Below, piece after piece: positions 46,936 to 57,327 of a stretch of DNA of 61,741 bases (positions within the stretch are counted from its first letter, which is position 1; each line of letters begins with the position of its first letter). The stretch comes from Syntrophomonadaceae bacterium (lineage in GTDB: Bacteria > Bacillota > Ch66 > Ch109). Below the pieces are notes generated by a model. That model saw only the letters and a list, made by a program, of their open reading frames with translations, ran no database searches and had not been told where the DNA came from. The DNA lies in NCBI GenBank assembly GCA_012519455.1, contig JAAYQE010000140.1, positions 1-61,741 on the forward strand. The letters are read 5' to 3'. A program made the position numbers and the translations under genes.

Positions 46936-48156
46936 TTGCTGGTAATCACCAAGAACCGTATACCCATCAAGAGTTGGGCGAAAGATTTGGAAAAAGAGGC
47001 CTTAGAACAGGCGAACAACTTAGCAAACTTACCTTTTGCTTTTAAACATATCGCCTTAATGCCGGATTGCCATGTGGGGTACGGTATGCCTATCGGTGGA
47101 GTAATGGCCACGGAGGGGGTTATCGTTCCGAACGCCGTAGGGGTTGATATTGGTTGCGGGGTGGCTTTTTTTCAAACGAATATTCCGGCGGACCTGTTGC
47201 GAAACACAAATACTGGTTCTGGTAATTTACTGCAAAGCCTGATTGGGGATATCAGTAGAAATATTCCATCTGGTTTTAAACATCATAAAAAGCCCCAGCC
47301 GTGTAAAGCCCTGGATAGCCTCCATATTGATGACCATTTTCGTCGGGCTAAGGCCCTGTTGAAGGAAATTGATCGAGGTTATTATCAAGTTGGTACCCTG
47401 GGGGGAGGTAACCATTTTATCGAAATCCAAGCCAACGAAGCGGATTTAATTGGGGTAATGATTCATTCCGGCTCCCGTAATTTTGGTTATAAAATTTGTC
47501 AACACTTTAACCAAGTTGCCCGTAAACGGAATAAGCAGGAGAACTCCCCGGTACCCAGTAACTGGCAATTAGCTTATCTGCCGGTAGATTCCCCAGAGGG
47601 TCGGGCTTATATCCAGTGGATGAACTTAGCTTTAGACTTTGCGCGAGAAAACCGGGAAGCTATGATTAGTAAAGTAAAAGAGATCGTCTGGGACCGGGTA
47701 ATGCATTATACCGGGTTTAAAGAAATAGAGATTGCGATGGAGGTCAATGCGCATCACAATTACGCCGCCCTGGAGAAACATTTTAAACGCAAGGTCTGGG
47801 TACACCGTAAAGGAGCGATCCGCGCCGGCGCGGGGGAATTAGGCATTGTTCCCGGTTCCATGGGGGCAGATAGCTATCTGGTACGGGGGCTAGGTAATGA
47901 AGACTCCTTTATGTCTTGCAGCCATGGCGCCGGGAGAGTAATGGGTCGCAAACAAGCTAAACGGGAACTTAATCCGCATCAGGTCGCGACTCTACTTAAG
48001 GAGCGCGGGGTTGTTTTTAGTGGGAAAATATCCGATATTATTGATGAAGCGCCCCAAGCTTATAAGGATATTCAAGCGGTTATGGCGGCCCAGGCTGATT
48101 TAGTGGAACCGGTGGTACGGTTAAGAGGCCTGGCGGTAGTAAAAGCGGCGGACTAA
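46936..48156 (+). CDS. rtcB: RNA 3'-phosphate/5'-OH ligase RtcB
   Basis: MPDCHVG, VGVDIGCG, GTLGGGNHF, HSGSR, HNY, HRKGA, SHGAGR, DEAPQAYK. Confidence 0.95.
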   Translation: MLVITKNRIPIKSWAKDLEKEALEQANNLANLPFAFKHIALMPDCHVGYGMPIGGVMATEGVIVPNAVGVDIGCGVAFFQTNIPADLLRNTNTGSGNLLQSLIGDISRNIPSGFKHHKKPQPCKALDSLHIDDHFRRAKALLKEIDRGYYQVGTLGGGNHFIEIQANEADLIGVMIHSGSRNFGYKICQHFNQVARKRNKQENSPVPSNWQLAYLPVDSPEGRAYIQWMNLALDFARENREAMISKVKEIVWDRVMHYTGFKEIEIAMEVNAHHNYAALEKHFKRKVWVHRKGAIRAGAGELGIVPGSMGADSYLVRGLGNEDSFMSCSHGAGRVMGRKQAKRELNPHQVATLLKERGVVFSGKISDIIDEAPQAYKDIQAVMAAQADLVEPVVRLRGLAVVKAAD

Positions 48157-48213
48157 AAAAGGCAATTTTTCAACCCTAACCGTGATTTTTATTACGAGGA
48201 GAACCCAGTTTTT

Positions 48214-50412
48214 ATGGATACAATTTATGGTTATCTAGAGCGAATTACTTACCAGCATGAGGAAACTAACTTTATGGTCGCCCGGATCAAAGAAAAAGGG
48301 AAAAAAGATTTAACCACGATTATAGGGAATCTGACCGGTATCAATCCCGGTGAATCCTTAAAACTCGATGGTAAATGGGTGACTAATAAAAAGTATGGGC
48401 CTCAGTTTCAAGTGGAAAAATATGAAACCATAATTCCGGCTACGGTACATGGGATCGAAAAATACTTGGGTTCAGGACTAATCAAAGGCATTGGCCCAGG
48501 CATGGCCCGGCGCATGGTCAAAAAATTTCAGCTAGATACCCTGGAAGTGATTGAACACGCCCCGGAACGTTTATTAGAAGTGGAAGGTATTGGTCCCAAA
48601 CGAGTGGAGATGATTACCCGCGCTTGGGAAGACCAGAAAGAAATCAAGGAAATTATGGTCTTTTTACAAAGTCATGGGGTAACCGCTACTTATGCCGCTA
48701 AAATATATAAACAATACGGTGAAGAATCAATCCAAATCGTCCAGGCCAATCCCTATCGTCTGGCCGCGGATATACGGGGAATTGGTTTCCTTACTGCGGA
48801 CCGGATTGCTCGTTGCCTGGGTATCAGCAGTGATTCGATTATGCGCGCAGAAGAAGGGGTTTTATATGTTTTATATGCATTAATGGACGAAGGCCATGTG
48901 TATTATCCTTATCAACCCTTAATAGATCGGGCCGTAGAAATGCTACAGGTAAGCTCGGAGCTGATCGAATCCGCCCTAAATAATTTATTAACGGCCCAGC
49001 GTATTGCGATAGAGGAAGAATTAGAAAACGAAGGGGAACCAAATCCTCTCGTCTACTTGAAACCTTTTTATATAGCTGAAACGAATTTGGCCCGGCGCCT
49101 AACCGCTTTAAAACAAGTACCGGCTCAGGTACGTTCTTTTGCGGTAGAAAAAGCCGTGACCTGGGCCGAAGAAAAACTAAAAATTCAGCTAGCCGCCCGA
49201 CAAAAAGAAGCCGTTCGCTTAGCCGTGACCCAAAAAGTAACGGTGATTACCGGGGGACCCGGTACCGGTAAAACCACGATTATTAAGGCAATAATTAAAA
49301 TTCTTAAAGCTTTAAAATTAAAGGTTTTACTAGCGGCTCCTACCGGACGGGCCGCGAAACGAATGCAGGAAGCTACGGGGCAGGAAGCGAAAACGCTTCA
49401 CCGCCTCCTGGAGTATGCCCCTCAAAAAGGCGGCTTTCAACGGAATCAAAACCATCCTTTAGTGGCGGAGGCGATAATTGTTGACGAGGCCTCCATGATA
49501 GATCTGATTCTCATGCATAATTTAGTGAAAGCGGTTCCCCCGCACGCTATGTTGATTTTAGTAGGAGACGTAAACCAGTTACCGTCGGTGGGGCCGGGTT
49601 CGGTATTAAATGATCTGATTGATTCCGGGCAATTCCCGGTAGTTACCTTGACCGATATTTTCCGTCAATCAGAGAAGAGCCGTATTGTAATCAATGCCCA
49701 CCGCATTAACCGAGGTGAGTTCCCAGATTTGCGTAAAGTAGGTGGTTTGACCGACTTTTATTTTATACAAGAGGACGACCCGGATAAAGTGGTACAGAAA
49801 ATAATTGAAATGTGTAAAAATCGTATTCCTCGGCGATTCGGTTACCATCCCCTGCGGGAAGTCCAGGTAATAACGCCCATGCATAAGACTTCTACCGGAG
49901 CTAACGCGCTTAATTTGGAACTTCAAAAAGCCCTTAACCCAAATAAAAAAGGAGTGTCCAGGGCCAGTACCCAATTTAACCCCGGGGATAAAGTAATGCA
50001 AGTAGCTAATAACTATGAAAAAGAAGTGTATAATGGGGATATTGGTTGGATAAAAAAGATTGATTTTGAAGGACAGGAGATCCTGGTAGACTTCGAAGAT
50101 CGCCTGGTCGTTTATGATTTTACCGATCTAGATGAATTAGTCTTAGCTTATGCGGTGTCCGTGCATAAAGCCCAAGGTAGTGAATACCCGGTAGTAGTGA
50201 TGCCCTTACTTACCCAACACTACATCCTGCTCCAAAGAAACCTGCTTTATACCGGTATAACCCGGGGTAAACACTTAGTAGTCCTAATCGGGACCAAAAA
50301 GGCCCTGGCGATCGCTATCCGGAACAATAAAACGCAAAAAAGATACAGTCAGTTGAACAAAAGATTACGACGAAATTTAAATGACGAAGTTAAAACCAAT
50401 AAAGAAATTTAG
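48214..50412 (+). CDS. recD2: RecD2-like SF1B helicase
   Basis: YLGSGLIKGIG HhH region, GGPGTGKT, IVDEASM, GDVNQLPSV, HKAQGSEY. Confidence 0.93.
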   Translation: MDTIYGYLERITYQHEETNFMVARIKEKGKKDLTTIIGNLTGINPGESLKLDGKWVTNKKYGPQFQVEKYETIIPATVHGIEKYLGSGLIKGIGPGMARRMVKKFQLDTLEVIEHAPERLLEVEGIGPKRVEMITRAWEDQKEIKEIMVFLQSHGVTATYAAKIYKQYGEESIQIVQANPYRLAADIRGIGFLTADRIARCLGISSDSIMRAEEGVLYVLYALMDEGHVYYPYQPLIDRAVEMLQVSSELIESALNNLLTAQRIAIEEELENEGEPNPLVYLKPFYIAETNLARRLTALKQVPAQVRSFAVEKAVTWAEEKLKIQLAARQKEAVRLAVTQKVTVITGGPGTGKTTIIKAIIKILKALKLKVLLAAPTGRAAKRMQEATGQEAKTLHRLLEYAPQKGGFQRNQNHPLVAEAIIVDEASMIDLILMHNLVKAVPPHAMLILVGDVNQLPSVGPGSVLNDLIDSGQFPVVTLTDIFRQSEKSRIVINAHRINRGEFPDLRKVGGLTDFYFIQEDDPDKVVQKIIEMCKNRIPRRFGYHPLREVQVITPMHKTSTGANALNLELQKALNPNKKGVSRASTQFNPGDKVMQVANNYEKEVYNGDIGWIKKIDFEGQEILVDFEDRLVVYDFTDLDELVLAYAVSVHKAQGSEYPVVVMPLLTQHYILLQRNLLYTGITRGKHLVVLIGTKKALAIAIRNNKTQKRYSQLNKRLRRNLNDEVKTNKEI

Positions 50413-50462
50413 AAAAGGAGTGGGTCTATATAACCGATATTTTACAACGCATAGCCAATGAA

Positions 50463-52568
50463 ATGAAACTTCCCTATGAGCAAATTCAAAATACCGTAAA
50501 ACTGTTAGACGAGGGCATGACCATCCCTTTTATCGCCCGCTACCGCAAGGAAAAAACGGGGGAACTGGACGAGACCCAAATTCGGGGGATCGACGAACGC
50601 TTGAAACATTACCGTTCTTTGGAGCAAAAGAAAGCTGAGATTCTCCGACTGATTACCGAACAGGGTAAAATGACCGTGGAATTACAGGCGAAAATTCAGG
50701 CGGCCACCAAATTGACCGAACTGGACGACTTATACCGACCTTATCGACCTAAAAGGAAAACCCGGGCCAGTGTTGCTCGAGAAAGGGGTTTAGAACCTCT
50801 AGCCAGCTACCTGCTGACTTTTCCCCGGGAAAGTTCCCCGGAAATGGAAGCCGAGCCGTATCTTTCTGAAGCGGTTCCTAGTATTCAGGAAGCCCTGCAG
50901 GGCGCTAAAGATATTATAGCGGAGCAGATAACGGATGATTCTGAGGTTCGGGCGTGGGTTCGCGCCTATACTTTTGACCGTGGTTTTTTGGTGGTCAAAG
51001 CCCGAGAAGAGGAAAAGCAATCGGTCTACTCAATGTATTACGATTATCGGGAACCCCTAAAGCGGATCGTTCCGCATCGAATTTTAGCCATAAATCGAGG
51101 TGTACGCGAAGAATATCTAAAAGTAGCCATCGAAGTGGAAGTAGACCCGCTTATGAACTGGTTGTTTCGGCGAGAGGTAAAAGAGGAAAGCACTACGGCC
51201 TCACTAGTTAAGGAAGCGATCATGGATGGTTATAAACGCCTGTTGGAACCAGCGGTAGAACGGGATTTGCGTAATCACTTAACCGAAAAAGCGGAAGCGC
51301 AGGCCATCACCATCTTTTCCCGCAATTTACGCAGTTTATTGTTACAGCCGCCGGTAAAAGGAAAAATATGCTTAGCCATTGATCCGGCCTACCGTACTGG
51401 CTGTAAGTTTGCGGTGGTTAATGCGACCGGAAAACTTCTGGAAACCGGGGTTATTTATCCAACGCCGCCCCAGAAAAAAATAGCGGAAGCGGAAAAAGAA
51501 CTAGAACGACTGGTGAAGCAATACCAGATCCAATCTATAATCTTAGGCAACGGTACGGCCTCGCGTGAAACCGAGCAGTTTATCGTCGATTTTTTACAGA
51601 AGTATAATTATTCAGATTTGGCTTACACCATTGTAAACGAAGCCGGGGCTTCGGTTTATTCGGCCTCGGAATTAGCCGCCAAAGAGTTTCCGCACCTAGA
51701 TGTCTCTCACCGGAGTGCGGTATCTTTAGCTCGGAGAATTCAGGACCCTTTAGCTGAACTAGTTAAAATTGATCCCAAAAGCGTGGGGGTAGGACAATAC
51801 CAGCACGATATAGCCCCCAAAAAACTAGATGCCAGCCTATCGGCGGTGGTGGAGTCGGTGGTGAATTACGTGGGGGTCAATTTAAATACCGCCAGCCCTT
51901 CTTTATTAAAATATGTCGCTGGAATCAATGCCACAGTGGCCGAGAATATTGTCCAATATCGCGAGACCACCGGTCCTTTTCATTCGCGGCGAGAATTAAA
52001 GAAAGTCGCCAAATTAGGGCCCAAAGCTTTTGAGCAGTGTGCGGGTTTTTTACGCATCCCGGAAGGTAATAATCCCCTAGATAATACGGCGGTCCATCCG
52101 GAGTCTTACGCCTTAACGGAACGCCTTTTGGAATCCTTAGACGCTACACCGGCGGATATTGGCAGCTCTAAACTGAATGAAAAATTAAAAGCTATCGAAT
52201 TGGAGAGTACGGCCGAAAAGCTCGGGGCCGGATTACCGACTTTAAGGGATATTATTGAAAGCCTGATGCGGCCTGGACGCGACCCACGGGAGGATCTTCC
52301 TTTGCCGGTTTTCCGTAAAGACGTACTCAGCATGGAAGATTTACGCGTCGGCATGGAGTTTCAAGGTGTGGTGCGAAATGTAGTAGATTTCGGTGTTTTT
52401 GTCGATATTGGCGTCAAGCAAGACGGACTGGTGCATATTTCCGAAATTTCCGAAAAACGGATCCAGCACCCGTTGGATGTGGTAGCCGTAGGTCATATTA
52501 TTAAAGTGCGCGTATTATCGGTCGACCCGGAGAAAAACCGGATTGCTTTAACGATGAAAGTAGATTAA
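50463..52568 (+). CDS. tex: Tex/YhgF RNA-binding protein (S1 domain)
   Basis: PFIARYRKE, IDPAYRTGCK, VNEAGASVYSAS, GVGQYQHD; C-terminal S1 domain. Confidence 0.95.
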   Translation: MKLPYEQIQNTVKLLDEGMTIPFIARYRKEKTGELDETQIRGIDERLKHYRSLEQKKAEILRLITEQGKMTVELQAKIQAATKLTELDDLYRPYRPKRKTRASVARERGLEPLASYLLTFPRESSPEMEAEPYLSEAVPSIQEALQGAKDIIAEQITDDSEVRAWVRAYTFDRGFLVVKAREEEKQSVYSMYYDYREPLKRIVPHRILAINRGVREEYLKVAIEVEVDPLMNWLFRREVKEESTTASLVKEAIMDGYKRLLEPAVERDLRNHLTEKAEAQAITIFSRNLRSLLLQPPVKGKICLAIDPAYRTGCKFAVVNATGKLLETGVIYPTPPQKKIAEAEKELERLVKQYQIQSIILGNGTASRETEQFIVDFLQKYNYSDLAYTIVNEAGASVYSASELAAKEFPHLDVSHRSAVSLARRIQDPLAELVKIDPKSVGVGQYQHDIAPKKLDASLSAVVESVVNYVGVNLNTASPSLLKYVAGINATVAENIVQYRETTGPFHSRRELKKVAKLGPKAFEQCAGFLRIPEGNNPLDNTAVHPESYALTERLLESLDATPADIGSSKLNEKLKAIELESTAEKLGAGLPTLRDIIESLMRPGRDPREDLPLPVFRKDVLSMEDLRVGMEFQGVVRNVVDFGVFVDIGVKQDGLVHISEISEKRIQHPLDVVAVGHIIKVRVLSVDPEKNRIALTMKVD

Positions 52569-52651
52569 GTAGATTAAATTAATAAGATTAAAGTAGATGG
52601 ATGAATAAAATCGGGTTGATTACTGCTTTGCTTGTCTGTTTCAGGTTAACT

Positions 52652-52683
52652 AATCCGGGGTTTGGTACCCCGGGTTTTTATTT
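52652..52683 (+). terminator. Terminator after tex
   Basis: AATCCGGGG / CCCCGGGTT stem plus T-run. Confidence 0.7.
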
Positions 52684-52687
52684 CCTC

Positions 52688-52737
52688 TTGCTCCGAATAG
52701 CTGTTTGGGCTAAAATAGAAACAGGAACAAATGTTTG
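52688..52737 (+). promoter_or_regulatory. SigmaA promoter with two LexA (Cheo-type) boxes
   Basis: TTGCTC-17bp-TAAAAT; CGAATAGCTGTTTG (52694) and GGAACAAATGTTTG (52724) resemble CGAACRNRYGTTYG. Confidence 0.7.
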
Positions 52738-52765
52738 AACAATCCGGGGAAAAGGAAGGTTAATT

Positions 52766-53950
52766 ATGTCTCGTGTAATTCTTTTAGCGGATATGAATTC
52801 ATTTTTTGCCAGTGTCCATCAAGCTTTAAAGCCTGAGCTTAGGGGGAAACCGGTTATTGTAACCGGTGATCCCGAAAAACGAAGAGGGATCGTGATCGCG
52901 GCCAGTTATGAAGCTAAAACCTTGGGAGTGAAAACCGGCATGCTGGTCGGGGAGGCTCGTGTTTTGTGTCCCCAGGGGGTGTTTATTACTTCCCAATACC
53001 ATCATTACGTTCGTTTTTCCAGCCGTATTTTGGCTATTATGCGTAATTTTACCCCTTTAGTAGAACCTTTTTCTATAGATGAAGCTTTTCTAGATGTTAC
53101 CGGCTGCGAAAATTTATGGGGTCCGCCTCAGGAAATCGCCCGGAAATTGAAACAAGAGATTTATCAAGAGTTGAAAATAAAGTGCAGCGTGGGGGTGGGT
53201 CCCAATAAGCTCCTGGCTAAAATGGCCGCTGGTCTCCAAAAACCGGATGGCCTTACGGTACTTACTTATGCGGATGTGCCGAAACGGCTTTGGCCTTTGC
53301 CAGTAAGAAAACTGTTTGGCGTAGGCCGGCGCTATGAACAGCATTTGTCGCGCATCGGTATTTGGACCATCGGTGGTTTAGCCCAGTGCTCGGTAGAAAG
53401 GTTAAGAAAGCGTTTTGGGGTAATCGGGGAAGTTTTAAGGCAATGTGCCAATGGAATCGATCCTAGTCCGGTAGATCCACATTCCCTGGACGAATACAAA
53501 AGTATGGGTCACCAGATTACCTTACCTCGAGATTATGTAGGTGAAGAAGTAAAGGTGGTCCTACTGGAACTAGCCGACATGGTGGGCCAGCGAGTACGTG
53601 ACAAGGGGTATAAAGGCAAAACGGTTACCCTGGTATTAAGAGATGCAGATTTGACCTGGCTGTCACGTATGAAAACCTTATCTTTTTATACGGATCTCAG
53701 CCTGGATCTTTATCAGGCTGCAGTTGAATTATGGAAGCAACACTGGTCCCCCGTTTGGCCGGTAAGATTGGTGGGATTATCCCTTTCTAATCTAGTTACC
53801 GGAGCTGCCGAACAAGGCACCTTATTTATTGACCGAGATAAGATACGAAAAGCGGAAAAAACTTGTGATATACTGCGGCAGCGTTATGGGGAAAGAGCTA
53901 TTTTCCGCGCTGTATCTTTAATGGAAGCTGGTGTTCGATATGTCCCCTAA
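52766..53950 (+). CDS. dinB: Y-family DNA polymerase (DinB/PolY/UvrX-like)
   Basis: DMNSFFAS, AASYEAK, SIDEAF, NKLLAKMA motifs. Confidence 0.92.
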   Translation: MSRVILLADMNSFFASVHQALKPELRGKPVIVTGDPEKRRGIVIAASYEAKTLGVKTGMLVGEARVLCPQGVFITSQYHHYVRFSSRILAIMRNFTPLVEPFSIDEAFLDVTGCENLWGPPQEIARKLKQEIYQELKIKCSVGVGPNKLLAKMAAGLQKPDGLTVLTYADVPKRLWPLPVRKLFGVGRRYEQHLSRIGIWTIGGLAQCSVERLRKRFGVIGEVLRQCANGIDPSPVDPHSLDEYKSMGHQITLPRDYVGEEVKVVLLELADMVGQRVRDKGYKGKTVTLVLRDADLTWLSRMKTLSFYTDLSLDLYQAAVELWKQHWSPVWPVRLVGLSLSNLVTGAAEQGTLFIDRDKIRKAEKTCDILRQRYGERAIFRAVSLMEAGVRYVP

Positions 53951-54245
53951 ATTACCGGATAATAAGTTGTGGGAAAGCCACCGGATAATCCTGCCGGAAA
54001 TGCGGGAAAAGTCCGTACACACCTGTAAAGACTGTCGTTTTTTTACCGAGATCGAAGGCCAGGAGGAAAACCGATGGGGCTGTGTGGTAGGTGTTCCGAT
54101 TTATCGCTCCTTGGAGCGAAGGGTCCCAGCTAAAATAACCGCGAGAAGATTATTAGAAATGGTGGGGAAGGAGAAGCTGCGGCAAATCGTTTCGCAAAGT
54201 AATTCAGAGGCTCAGGCCTGCGGTTGGTTCCGGAATCGGCTGTAG
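53931..54245 (+). CDS. YolD-like N-terminal motif fused to a Cys-rich domain
   Basis: NKLWESHRIILPE, then CKDC...WGC...ACGWF; overlaps the dinB stop. Confidence 0.7.
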   Translation: MFDMSPKLPDNKLWESHRIILPEMREKSVHTCKDCRFFTEIEGQEENRWGCVVGVPIYRSLERRVPAKITARRLLEMVGKEKLRQIVSQSNSEAQACGWFRNRL

Positions 54246-54514
54246 TTATTTTATTTATTTACCTATGATAATTAATCCAATACGAATGAGAAAAGAGGGC
54301 CATAAAAAGTTCAAGAAAAAAAGTAGTTAGGTTAAAAAACATGCTATAATAAACTAGGTAAACTAAGCTAGGGGCAAAAGTATACTTACTAAAAGTAAAC
54401 ACCTTTGCATCTAGCGGAATAGGCTCTTTTTTCGGTTTTTTAAGGCTTAACGTCTAACACACTAACATCTTAGCGCTAGACTTGCCGTTAGCTCACACCA
54501 GGGGGGATAGATGA

Positions 54515-55501
54515 ATGCTAAAAAAGAGTTTGGCTGTAATTGGAGCTGCCTTAATCTTATTCAGCGGGACCTACTGGTTGTATCGGGAATATTATGGGCC
54601 GCAAAATTCAGCTTTGATTCAGGCCACAGGCACCATAGAAGCCACCCAAGTAGATTTAAGCGTAAAAACTTACGGCGTAATTGAAAGTTTAACCATCCAA
54701 GAAGGAGATACCTTGAGCGAGGGGCAGCTGGTAGCGCGGTTGTCGCGTCCTGATCTAGTAGCACAGCAGGAGCGAGACGCGATGAGCTTACTTAAAGCCG
54801 AGGCGCAGCTAGCGGATCTAACTTCCGGCGCCCGAGAGCAGGAGATCATAGAAGCTCAAGCTAATGTAGAAATTGCTCGGGCTAATTGGGATAATTCTCT
54901 AGCCGAATTAGCGCGTAAAGAAGCCCTTTTTCAGGCTGATGTAATTGCTCAAGAAGAGCTAGAGCGCTTTCAGTTAAATACAGAATTAAATAAAAATCGC
55001 CTGCAAGCTGCGGAAGCTAGATTGAGTTTACTGCAGTCCGGCCAGCGGCCGCAGTTAATTAAAGCGGCCCGGGCGGAAGTCGAACGCAGTCGGGCCATTT
55101 TAAAAACTACGGAAGCTTTGTTAAGGGATTTACAGGTATATGCGCCTCTTTCCGGGGTGGTGCTTACCAAAAATTATCAAGTGGGCGAATACCTTCCCTT
55201 GGGGGCATCGATCGCAACGATCGCAGATTTAGAGAACCTTTGGATTAAAGTTTATATCCCGACCGATGCTTTACCGTCGATTAAGCTAGGGCAAAAAGCC
55301 CATTTTTCCGTGAGCGGCTGGCCAGATGTGTTTGAGGGAGTAGTGTGTGAAATCGCCTCCAAAGGAGAATTTACCCCGAAAACTATTCAGACCAAAGAAG
55401 AAAGGACCAACGTCGTATTTGGGGTTAAACTTCGTGTCAACTCCGAGGGGGGCCGGCTTAAACCGGGTATGCCTGCAGACGTTACTTTCGAACGAGAGTA
55501 A
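54515..55501 (+). CDS. HlyD/YbhG-like membrane fusion protein
   Basis: TM anchor, lipoyl-like halves, coiled coil, EFTPKTIQT..ER..VF..LKPGMPADV. Confidence 0.92.
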   Translation: MLKKSLAVIGAALILFSGTYWLYREYYGPQNSALIQATGTIEATQVDLSVKTYGVIESLTIQEGDTLSEGQLVARLSRPDLVAQQERDAMSLLKAEAQLADLTSGAREQEIIEAQANVEIARANWDNSLAELARKEALFQADVIAQEELERFQLNTELNKNRLQAAEARLSLLQSGQRPQLIKAARAEVERSRAILKTTEALLRDLQVYAPLSGVVLTKNYQVGEYLPLGASIATIADLENLWIKVYIPTDALPSIKLGQKAHFSVSGWPDVFEGVVCEIASKGEFTPKTIQTKEERTNVVFGVKLRVNSEGGRLKPGMPADVTFERE

Positions 55502-55504
55502 AAT

Positions 55505-56410
55505 TTGGAGGCGAAAAGTATGATTGTAATTAAGGATTTAATTAAAACCTTTAACGGCCGTAGGGCAGTAGATAAAGTCCATTTAGAGATTAAAGCCGGA
55601 ACGATTTTTGGCCTGGTAGGACCCGATGGAGCCGGTAAAACGACCTTGATGCGCATGATTTGCGGCCTGATTACGCCCGATGCCGGGGAGATCATCTTAA
55701 GGGAGGCCCAGCTCGGCTACATGCCCCAGCGTTTTAGTCTGTACGGCGATCTTACGGTAAGTGAAAACATAAACTTTTTTGGGGCTATGTATAAACTAGA
55801 TCGAAAAACCATCCGGCAACGCGCTAAAGAAATACTCCAGTTAACCAATTTAAGCGATTTTGAGCAGCGGTTAGCGGATAATTTATCGGGAGGCATGAAA
55901 CAAAAATTAGCTCTCACCTGCGCCTTAATTACTCGACCTAATTTGCTTATCTTAGACGAACCGACTTACGGAGTTGATCCGGAGTTTCGTAAGGAGTTTT
56001 GGAGGATTTTATATTATTTGAATCAGGAAGGCCGGACCATTATGGTATCTACGCCTTACATGGATGAAGCTGAGCTTTGCCATCAAGTTGCCTTTATTAA
56101 TCAAGGGCGGATTGCGGTCGTAGATTCGCCGGTTAACCTGAAAAAAAGGTTGGAAAAGCGCATTCTAGAAATAAGAGCGGTTACTAAAGACCCGGATCTT
56201 TTAAAGGGAATTGAGGAGGTAGTCGATTTCTCTTTCTATGGCGATAAATATCATGCCATGGTTACGGAGACCGCTCGCGCTAAAGAAGCGGTAGAAAACC
56301 ACCTGTTATCCCAAAATATCCCAATTATCGGTATTGAAGAAATACCTCCTTCCATGGAAGATGTTTTTGTTTACCTGGCTGAAAAAGACGTAAATGAGGT
56401 GGGCGCATGA
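55505..56410 (+). CDS. ABC transporter ATPase (YbhF-like 1)
   Basis: GPDGAGKT, LSGGMKQ, LDEPT. Confidence 0.93.
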   Translation: MEAKSMIVIKDLIKTFNGRRAVDKVHLEIKAGTIFGLVGPDGAGKTTLMRMICGLITPDAGEIILREAQLGYMPQRFSLYGDLTVSENINFFGAMYKLDRKTIRQRAKEILQLTNLSDFEQRLADNLSGGMKQKLALTCALITRPNLLILDEPTYGVDPEFRKEFWRILYYLNQEGRTIMVSTPYMDEAELCHQVAFINQGRIAVVDSPVNLKKRLEKRILEIRAVTKDPDLLKGIEEVVDFSFYGDKYHAMVTETARAKEAVENHLLSQNIPIIGIEEIPPSMEDVFVYLAEKDVNEVGA

Positions 56411-57327
56411 CTTATGCCATTACCACCCAGGAGTTAACTAAAAAATTTGGCAATTTTACCGCCGTTGACCGGCTGACCCTTAAAATCAAGCCTGGTGAAA
56501 TTTGCGGCTTCTTAGGCCCCAACGGGGCCGGAAAAACTACCGCTATCCGAATGCTCTGCGGCATTTTGCAGCCTACCGCCGGTACGGCAACGGTATTAGG
56601 TTACGATCTCTTAAAAGAGAGTGAAACCATAAAAAGACACATTGGTTATATGTCGCAAAAATTTAGTCTCTACGAAGATTTATCTATAAAAGAAAATTTA
56701 AATTTTTATGCCGGGCTTTACAGCCTGCCCCGGAAAGAAAGAAAAAATCAGATCGCAGCCATGCTTGCTTTAGTCCAGCTTACTAGCCGGGAAAAAGAGC
56801 TGGTCGGTAATCTTAGCAGCGGATGGAAACAAAGAGTAGCCCTAGGTTGTGCCCTAATCAGTCAGCCGGCCTTGATCTTCCTGGATGAACCAACAAGTGG
56901 AGTTAGTCCTACCAGCCGAAGAGCTTTTTTTAATTTAATTCAACAATTAGCTAACACCGGCGTAACCGTAATCGTAACTACTCATTTTATGGATGAGGCG
57001 GAACGCTGTAACCAGATTGTCTTTATTAGTGATGGTCAGCTTTTAGCCTTGGATTCGCCTGATAATTTAAAAACCCGGATGATCGAGGGCTTTATGGTCG
57101 AACTGGAGGTACCCCAGGCCATGGAGTGGCTAGAAGACCTGGAAAAGCAACCGTATGTTAAAGAGTGTACCCTGCATGGCTCCCTACTCCACGTCCTTCT
57201 ACACGGTCCTGCACAAATGGAAGAATTGGCCAAGTATACCGGGGTCGGGCCCCGACCGATAAGGCCAACCTTAGAAGATGTGTTTATCACCTTAGCCAAA
57301 AGGAAGCGAAAGCAGGTGGTCGAGTGA
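56407..57327 (+). CDS. ABC transporter ATPase (YbhF-like 2)
   Basis: GPNGAGKT, LSSGWKQ, LDEPTSG, TTHFMDEA. Confidence 0.93.
   Translation: MTYAITTQELTKKFGNFTAVDRLTLKIKPGEICGFLGPNGAGKTTAIRMLCGILQPTAGTATVLGYDLLKESETIKRHIGYMSQKFSLYEDLSIKENLNFYAGLYSLPRKERKNQIAAMLALVQLTSREKELVGNLSSGWKQRVALGCALISQPALIFLDEPTSGVSPTSRRAFFNLIQQLANTGVTVIVTTHFMDEAERCNQIVFISDGQLLALDSPDNLKTRMIEGFMVELEVPQAMEWLEDLEKQPYVKECTLHGSLLHVLLHGPAQMEELAKYTGVGPRPIRPTLEDVFITLAKRKRKQVVE

Noticed and set aside
54378-54387. AAGTATACTT palindrome as the TetR operator
   Set aside because: At 10 bp and AT-rich it is easily a chance match; too weak to report as a feature.
55505-57327. Split or frameshifted YbhF pseudogene
   Set aside because: Both ATPases are complete, each with Walker A/B and signature motifs, and are coupled by an ATGA overlap. 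This is an ordinary two-gene arrangement.
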